DNA from: an archaeon
Lineage (GTDB): Archaea; Iainarchaeota; Iainarchaeia; Iainarchaeales; CSSED10-239
Assembly: GCA_037147375.1 (NCBI GenBank)
Contig: JBAWVI010000024.1
Coordinates: forward strand, 1-10,634
Direction of reading: 5' to 3'
Length of the DNA stretch: 10,634 nt
Part shown: positions 6,589 through 10,634 of the stretch, in pieces
Numbering within the stretch: the stretch's first letter is position 1
Layout of the letters: every line of letters begins with the position of its first letter
Made by a program: the position numbers and the translations under genes
The notes under the pieces: generated by a model
Told to the model about the DNA's origin: nothing
What the model saw: only the letters and a program-made list of their open reading frames with translations
The model's database searches: none

Positions 6589-7243
6589 TCCAGAGAACAG
6601 ACCTATGGAAAGAATGATTGAAAAGGGAGGAGATAATTTATCTGATGCTGAACTTCTTGCAATCATTTTAAAGACTGGAACAAAGAATCAAAATGTTCTT
6701 GAACTTGCAAACCTTGTTCTTTCAAAGTTTCCAATGAACTCTATTGATAATCTTGAGATAAACGAGCTTACAGAAATAAATGGAATTGGTAAAGTTAAAG
6801 CAAGCCAAATAAAAGCTGTTTATGAGCTTCATAAAAGATTGTGTGGGAAACAAAATTTGTTAAAGGAAGAACTTAAGGTTTATGCTCCTTCTCAAGTTTA
6901 TGCTTTCCTTAAAGAAGAGATTGGAAATAAGTTTCAAGAAAATCTAGTTGCTCTTTTCTTGCGTGGAAATAATATTATTTCAAAGAAGATAATAACTATC
7001 GGAACAGATAATCAAACTCTTATTTCTCACAAAAGTATTATTTCATATGCATTAAAGGAAAGAGCTCAAGCATTAATTATAGCACACAATCATCCAAGTG
7101 GAGAAGCATATCCATCAAGAGAAGATATAACTGAAACACAAAAGTTATCAAAGATATCAAAGGAACTAGATATCTGCTTTCTTGATCATCTAATTATTAC
7201 AAGAGATGCTTACTTCTCGTTTAAAGAAAAAGGAATGATGTAA
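6569..7243 (+). CDS. radC: RadC-family JAB/MPN-domain protein
   Basis: 224-aa ORF. The N-terminus is ENRPMERMIEKGGDNLSDAELLAIILKTGTKNQNVLELA. A helix-hairpin-helix follows (LTEINGIGKVKASQI). The JAMM-like motif is intact: AHNHPSGEAYPSREDITET (HxHx7Sx2D). Its ATG lies 20 nt inside the end of the upstream YhcG-like gene. Confidence 0.95.
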   Translation: MKIKDFNPENRPMERMIEKGGDNLSDAELLAIILKTGTKNQNVLELANLVLSKFPMNSIDNLEINELTEINGIGKVKASQIKAVYELHKRLCGKQNLLKEELKVYAPSQVYAFLKEEIGNKFQENLVALFLRGNNIISKKIITIGTDNQTLISHKSIISYALKERAQALIIAHNHPSGEAYPSREDITETQKLSKISKELDICFLDHLIITRDAYFSFKEKGMM

Positions 7244-7267
7244 AAAAGAAATAAATATAAACCTATC

Positions 7268-7296
7268 TAAACATAAATACGTATGTAAACATAAAT
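7268..7296 (+). promoter_or_regulatory. Candidate operator/promoter of the antitoxin-PIN operon: 11-nt direct repeat flanking a palindrome
   Basis: TAAACATAAAT occurs at 7268-7278 and again at 7286-7296, an 18-nt period. The palindrome ATACGTAT (7277-7284) lies between them. The site is 20-48 nt upstream of the antitoxin ATG, and a GGAGGT ribosome-binding site follows at 7305-7310. Confidence 0.3.
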
Positions 7297-7315
7297 GTGT
7301 TTGGGGAGGTATAAT

Positions 7316-7555
7316 ATGGTAAGTATAACTTTAGCAGTAACAAAAGATATAAGAGAGAAAATGAAAGAATATAATGAAATAAATTGGTCAGAATATATAC
7401 GAAAAAATATAACTAAAAAGATTGATGAAATGGAATTAATTAATAAGATTATAAAGAATGAAGAAAAGATTACTGATTGGTCAGTAGCTCTTCAAAAAAA
7501 ATCAAGAGCAAAATCAAACAGATTCGAAGAACTTAAAAAAATGGGGTTGATATAA
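7316..7555 (+). CDS. Putative RHH/CopG-like (VapB-type) antitoxin
   Basis: The start is set at the internal ATG 7316, preceded by GGAGGT with a 5-nt spacer. The track ORF begins at 7295. The N-terminus MVSITLAVTKDIREKMKEYNEINWSEYIRKNI fits the beta-strand plus two-helix pattern of small archaeal antitoxins. Its stop lies 1 nt before the PIN gene start. Confidence 0.65.
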   Translation: MVSITLAVTKDIREKMKEYNEINWSEYIRKNITKKIDEMELINKIIKNEEKITDWSVALQKKSRAKSNRFEELKKMGLI

Positions 7556-7556
7556 T

Positions 7557-7982
7557 TTGAAAATAGTTATTGATACAAATATACTTTTCTCATATTTTTG
7601 GAAAGATTCAATAACTAAAAAAATCATAGAATCAAATATATTTGAATTATATACACCCAACTTTGCTTTTGATGAATTAGCAAAATATAAATCAGAGATA
7701 ATTTATAAAGTAAAAATAACAGAAAAAGAATATAATCAAACAATTAAAGAACTTAATGAAAAAATAATAATCGTTGACCCAATAAAATATTCACAAGAAT
7801 TAAGAAAGGTAACTACTATCCCAGATGTAAATGATATAGATTTCATTGCACTTTCAATGTATTTAGATAAGATATTATGGACAAATGATAATGCATTAAC
7901 AAACCAAGATTATGCACTGGTGCTAAATACAAAACAAATATTATATCTCTTAATTAAATTAAGTAAATTAATTGATAACTAA
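7557..7982 (+). CDS. PIN-domain ribonuclease (VapC-like toxin)
   Basis: 141-aa ORF with a TTG start. The N-terminus KIVIDTNILFSYF carries the first PIN acidic residue. FAFDELAKY follows. The distal acidic residues are in DVNDIDFIALSMYLDKILWTNDNAL. It is tightly coupled to the upstream antitoxin-like gene. Confidence 0.85.
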   Translation: MKIVIDTNILFSYFWKDSITKKIIESNIFELYTPNFAFDELAKYKSEIIYKVKITEKEYNQTIKELNEKIIIVDPIKYSQELRKVTTIPDVNDIDFIALSMYLDKILWTNDNALTNQDYALVLNTKQILYLLIKLSKLIDN

Positions 7983-8002
7983 CAGCTTCTAAAGTGATTA
8001 AT

Positions 8003-8176
8003 ATGAAATATAAAATTACAATTAAACAAGATGAGGATAACATTTTTGTTGCAGAATGTCCTAACCTTCCTGGTGTTGTTTCACAAGGAAAGACTAGAGA
8101 TGAAGCACTAAAAAATGTAACTGACGCTATCAAAGGATATCTTGCTAGTCTTAAAAAACATAATGAACCAATTTAA
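8003..8176 (+). CDS. HicB-like (UPF0150 family) small protein, with no adjacent HicA
   Basis: MKYKITIKQDEDNIFVAECPNLPGVVSQGKTRDEALKNVTDAIKGYLASL matches the HicB/UPF0150 N-terminal fold signature (Y...I....dG.y.a..P.lPGc.sqG.T.eEAl.n..eAi..y.e). ATG at 8003. The track ORF starts at GTG 7994. Confidence 0.75.
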   Translation: MKYKITIKQDEDNIFVAECPNLPGVVSQGKTRDEALKNVTDAIKGYLASLKKHNEPI

Positions 8177-8206
8177 AGTTTAATTATAAAATAAAGCTAA
8201 TTAAGT

Positions 8207-9307
8207 TTAGTTCCATTTTTTCAAGAACTCTTTTTCAAAATCAGAATACTTTCCTTTCTTGATTGCTTCTCTTGCATCTTCTACAAGCTTCTGCATGAAC
8301 CTTATATTGTGTGTTGATGCTAAGATCTTATAATTAGGTTCATCAAGTCTATAAAGGTGATGAAGATATGCTAATGTGTAAGTCTTGCAAACATAACAAT
8401 CACATTCTTTATCAGGGACTTCAAAATTATGCTTGAAGGAACCTTTTGTGATATTAACTGGTCCATTCCTTGTGAAAAGAACTCCATGTCTTGCCATCTT
8501 TGTTGGATAAATTGAATCAAAACAGTCTACTCCACGTCCAATGCACTTAACAACATCTTCAGGAGATCCAACTCCCATTAAATATTTAATCTTGTTTTCT
8601 GAAAGATGTGCTAAAGAATAATCAATTGCTTTGTACATCTTGTCTTTTGTTTCTCCAAGAGCAAGCCCACCAATTGCAACTCCGTCAAATGGAAGAGAGT
8701 TAATTGCTTTTGCACATTTTTCTCTTAAATCCTTGTACGTTCCACCTTGAACAATTCCAAATAATAATTGCTTCTTGTTCTTATGAGCAATAACTGCTCT
8801 CTTAGCCCAATCAATTGTAATATCAACTGCTTCTTTGTATTCCTCTTTAGGTTTGTTTGCATCAATCATATCATCTAAAATCATTGCTATGTCTGATCCA
8901 ATCTTATTTTGAATTTCAATTAATTTCTCTGGAGACATAAATACTTTTTCTTTTGAAAATGGATTTCTAAACCAAACACCTTCCTTTGTTAATGATATAA
9001 AGAATTGAGGATCCTTAAGTTGGAATCCACCACTATCTGTAAAGATTGGTTTATTCCAATTAATGAACTTATGATATCCACCTACTTTTTCAAGAGTTTC
9101 AATTCCTGGCTTAAGAGATAAGATGTATCCATTTGAAATAAACACTTGTGTATGAAGATCAGTTAAATCCTTAAATGTTAGATATTTACCAGCACCCTTT
9201 GTAACTACAGGCATAAAGAAAGGAGTTGTAAGTGTTCCATGAGCTGTTTTTAACTCTCCACTTCTTGCTTTTGTTTTCTTATCTTTATATTTAATTGTGA
9301 ATGCCAT
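8207..9307 (-). CDS. tgt: tRNA-guanine transglycosylase, catalytic domain only, with bacterial/eukaryal (queuine-type) sequence signature
   Basis: Colinear Tgt motifs: ARSGELKTAHGTLTTPFFMPV, TDSGGFQ, SPEKLIEIQNKIGSDIAMILDD, LFGIVQGGTYKDLR, GGLALGE, YLMGVGSPED, CFDSIYPTKMARHG. The zinc site is CDCYVCKTYTLAYLHHL...H. The start is set at ATG 9307 (MAFTIKYK...), preceded by AAGGT. The 16-codon upstream extension in the track overlaps the peptidase gene. Confidence 0.95.
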   Translation of the reverse strand: MAFTIKYKDKKTKARSGELKTAHGTLTTPFFMPVVTKGAGKYLTFKDLTDLHTQVFISNGYILSLKPGIETLEKVGGYHKFINWNKPIFTDSGGFQLKDPQFFISLTKEGVWFRNPFSKEKVFMSPEKLIEIQNKIGSDIAMILDDMIDANKPKEEYKEAVDITIDWAKRAVIAHKNKKQLLFGIVQGGTYKDLREKCAKAINSLPFDGVAIGGLALGETKDKMYKAIDYSLAHLSENKIKYLMGVGSPEDVVKCIGRGVDCFDSIYPTKMARHGVLFTRNGPVNITKGSFKHNFEVPDKECDCYVCKTYTLAYLHHLYRLDEPNYKILASTHNIRFMQKLVEDAREAIKKGKYSDFEKEFLKKWN

Positions 9308-9320
9308 AAAATAACCTTTT

Positions 9321-10178
9321 TTAAAAGAAAATAGATGAACCAAATATAAGAACAATTAGAAGCCCAAGGAAAATATATGGACCGAATCTTGGAAGTGAAT
9401 CATAAATTGGAATTATTTTTATTCCTTTCATTTTTTTTATGTTTTTAATATCTGATTCTTCAAGTATGCTTTTTCCGTTTAGCTTAAGCTTTGTTAGAAA
9501 ATCTTTTTTAATAAACTCAAGAGCTAGAACATCTCCATCCTCAAGCTCAGATATTTTTTTATTCTTTAAATAAATATACTTTCTAACTTCTGGTTCAAAT
9601 ATCATTAACTTTAATCCAACTATAATTGGAACTAAAAGTAAATAGTAAAGATAAGAAGCATTAAACTTTGAAACAAACAAATAAACGAACACAAAGAAGA
9701 TAATAAAAATTAAAAATGATTTTAAAGTAGTTATTTTTCTTTTTAACACAAGCTTGAACATATTCTTAAGCTTAAGCTTTTGCTTTAACTTAAATAAATA
9801 ATAAACTGAAACAATTAAAACAGATAACAAAGATGCAATTATTAATAACCATAGGATAACCACTTGACCAAGATAATAAGGAAGAACAAGATGGATACCA
9901 AGGAAAAGCTTAATGTCTCCTCCTCCAAGCTTACCATACTTGTACATGAAATATCCTACACCATAGATTAGAATACCAATAAAGATAACAGTTAATAAAT
10001 AACTTAAACCAAGAGATGTTGGAGAAAGAAAAGATTCATAAACAACAAGTAGCAAACCAATAATCATAAGAGGATAGGTTAGCCAATTATGAATAAGTCC
10101 TGTTTTATAATCAGTGTATGCTCCAATTCCAGTTGCAATAAGCACAAGAACAATCTTTAAAATTAATATATCAAACAC
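9321..10178 (-). CDS. A24-family archaeal prepilin/preflagellin peptidase (FlaK/PibD-like) with a C-terminal extension
   Basis: 285-aa polytopic ORF with a GTG start. The first catalytic Asp is in GAYTDYKTGLIHN (D23). The second is in the GxGD motif KLGGGDIKLF (D88). There is no N-terminal methyltransferase or Cys-rich region, so it is the archaeal type. Residues ~200-260 form a hydrophilic insert before a last transmembrane helix. Confidence 0.85.
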   Translation of the reverse strand: MFDILILKIVLVLIATGIGAYTDYKTGLIHNWLTYPLMIIGLLLVVYESFLSPTSLGLSYLLTVIFIGILIYGVGYFMYKYGKLGGGDIKLFLGIHLVLPYYLGQVVILWLLIIASLLSVLIVSVYYLFKLKQKLKLKNMFKLVLKRKITTLKSFLIFIIFFVFVYLFVSKFNASYLYYLLLVPIIVGLKLMIFEPEVRKYIYLKNKKISELEDGDVLALEFIKKDFLTKLKLNGKSILEESDIKNIKKMKGIKIIPIYDSLPRFGPYIFLGLLIVLIFGSSIFF

Positions 10179-10181
10179 GAT

Positions 10182-10634
10182 TTATCTTCCTTTCATTGTT
10201 CTTGCCATTTCTTCCATTTGCTTTGGATCCATATTCTCAAGCTTGGACATATCAAACTTTCCGCCCATCATCTTCTTCATCATTCCTTGCATGTCCTTGC
10301 CACCAGGGCCACCCATCTGCTTGAACATTTTTTTCATTTTCTTAACGTGAGTTATTAGATCCTTAACTTCTTCAAAAGATCTTCCAGAACCTTTTGAGAT
10401 TCTTTCAATTCTTGATCTTGTTAGAAAAGAAGTATCTGAATTAAGTTCTTGTCTTGTAAATGAATTAAGTATAATTCTATAAGCATCCATTTTCTTTTGA
10501 CCAATATTCATTTGATCGTTTGAAACCTTACTTCCAACACCTAAAAGACTCATAACCTTTGAGAAAGGACCAAGCTTCTTTGTAGCTTCTAGTTGCTTCT
10601 TAAATAAACCAAATGTAAACTCTCCCTTCATTAT
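10182..10634 (-). CDS. srp54: Signal recognition particle protein SRP54, C-terminal M domain. Partial: the 5' part lies beyond the window end
   Basis: M-domain motifs FTFGLFKKQLEATKKLGPFSKVMSLL, IGQKKMDAYRIILNSFTRQEL and SRIERISKGSGRSFEEVKDLI, followed by a Met-rich tail (MKKMFKQMGGPGGKDMQGMMKKMMGG). KLGPFS is the archaeal/eukaryal rather than bacterial Ffh form. The ORF is open to the window edge. Confidence 0.92.
   Translation of the reverse strand: MMKGEFTFGLFKKQLEATKKLGPFSKVMSLLGVGSKVSNDQMNIGQKKMDAYRIILNSFTRQELNSDTSFLTRSRIERISKGSGRSFEEVKDLITHVKKMKKMFKQMGGPGGKDMQGMMKKMMGGKFDMSKLENMDPKQMEEMARTMKGR

Noticed and set aside
7295-7315. 7-codon extension of the antitoxin ORF (MCLGRYN)
   Set aside because: The GGAGGT ribosome-binding site lies inside it, 5 nt before the ATG at 7316. 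That ATG starts the typical MVSITL... beta-strand.
7557-8002. A hidden HicA partner for the HicB-like gene
   Set aside because: The upstream ORF is clearly PIN (VIDTN...WTNDNAL). Only 20 nt separate it from the HicB ATG, and 30 nt follow HicB before tgt, so there is no space for even a small hicA.
9308-9355. 16-codon N-terminal extension of the tgt ORF (MFLYLVHLFSFKKGYF)
   Set aside because: It would overlap the 3' end of the peptidase gene. The internal ATG at 9307 is preceded by AAGGT and gives the canonical Tgt N-terminus.
10114-10350. 78-aa plus-strand ORF
   Set aside because: It is antisense across the srp54/peptidase junction, and both sense genes are strongly supported.
1-10634. CRISPR array, IS element or integrase anywhere in the window
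   Set aside because: No regularly spaced direct repeats are present, and no transposase- or recombinase-like ORF appears in any frame.

Overview
Strongly AT-rich, gene-dense window that reads as a small-genome archaeon, probably DPANN-like. Support: an archaeal/eukaryal-type SRP54 M-domain (KLGPFSKVM...), a FlaK/PibD-type A24 prepilin peptidase, three tandem proteins with class III (type IV pilin-like) signal peptides, TATA-like boxes, occasional GGAGGT ribosome-binding sites, and standard stop codons. Layout: tRNA-His(GTG) on the minus strand (47-119). A plus-strand block follows with three ~170-aa pilin-like genes and an HD-domain hydrolase (230-2351). A minus-strand trio comes next (2348-5197): a small Lys-rich protein, a SpoIIM/DUF95-like membrane protein and a Cas4/AddB-like Fe-S PD-(D/E)XK nuclease. 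A 344-bp divergent intergenic region holds a striking GC-rich inverted-repeat element (5265-5501). A plus-strand accessory block (5542-8176) carries a YhcG/DUF1016 nuclease overlapping RadC, then an RHH-like antitoxin, a PIN toxin and an orphan HicB-like protein. A convergent minus-strand housekeeping operon closes the window (8207-10634): partial srp54, A24 peptidase, then a bacterial-type tgt. No CRISPR array, rRNA, integrase or transposase is visible. Most interesting: the inverted-repeat element flanked by two divergent PD-(D/E)XK nuclease genes, the nuclease/membrane/basic-protein trio, the overlapping YhcG-RadC pair, the three-gene TA-like module, and the pilin-like trio whose likely processing peptidase lies 8 kb away. 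All family calls rest on motif recognition by eye. No database search was run.
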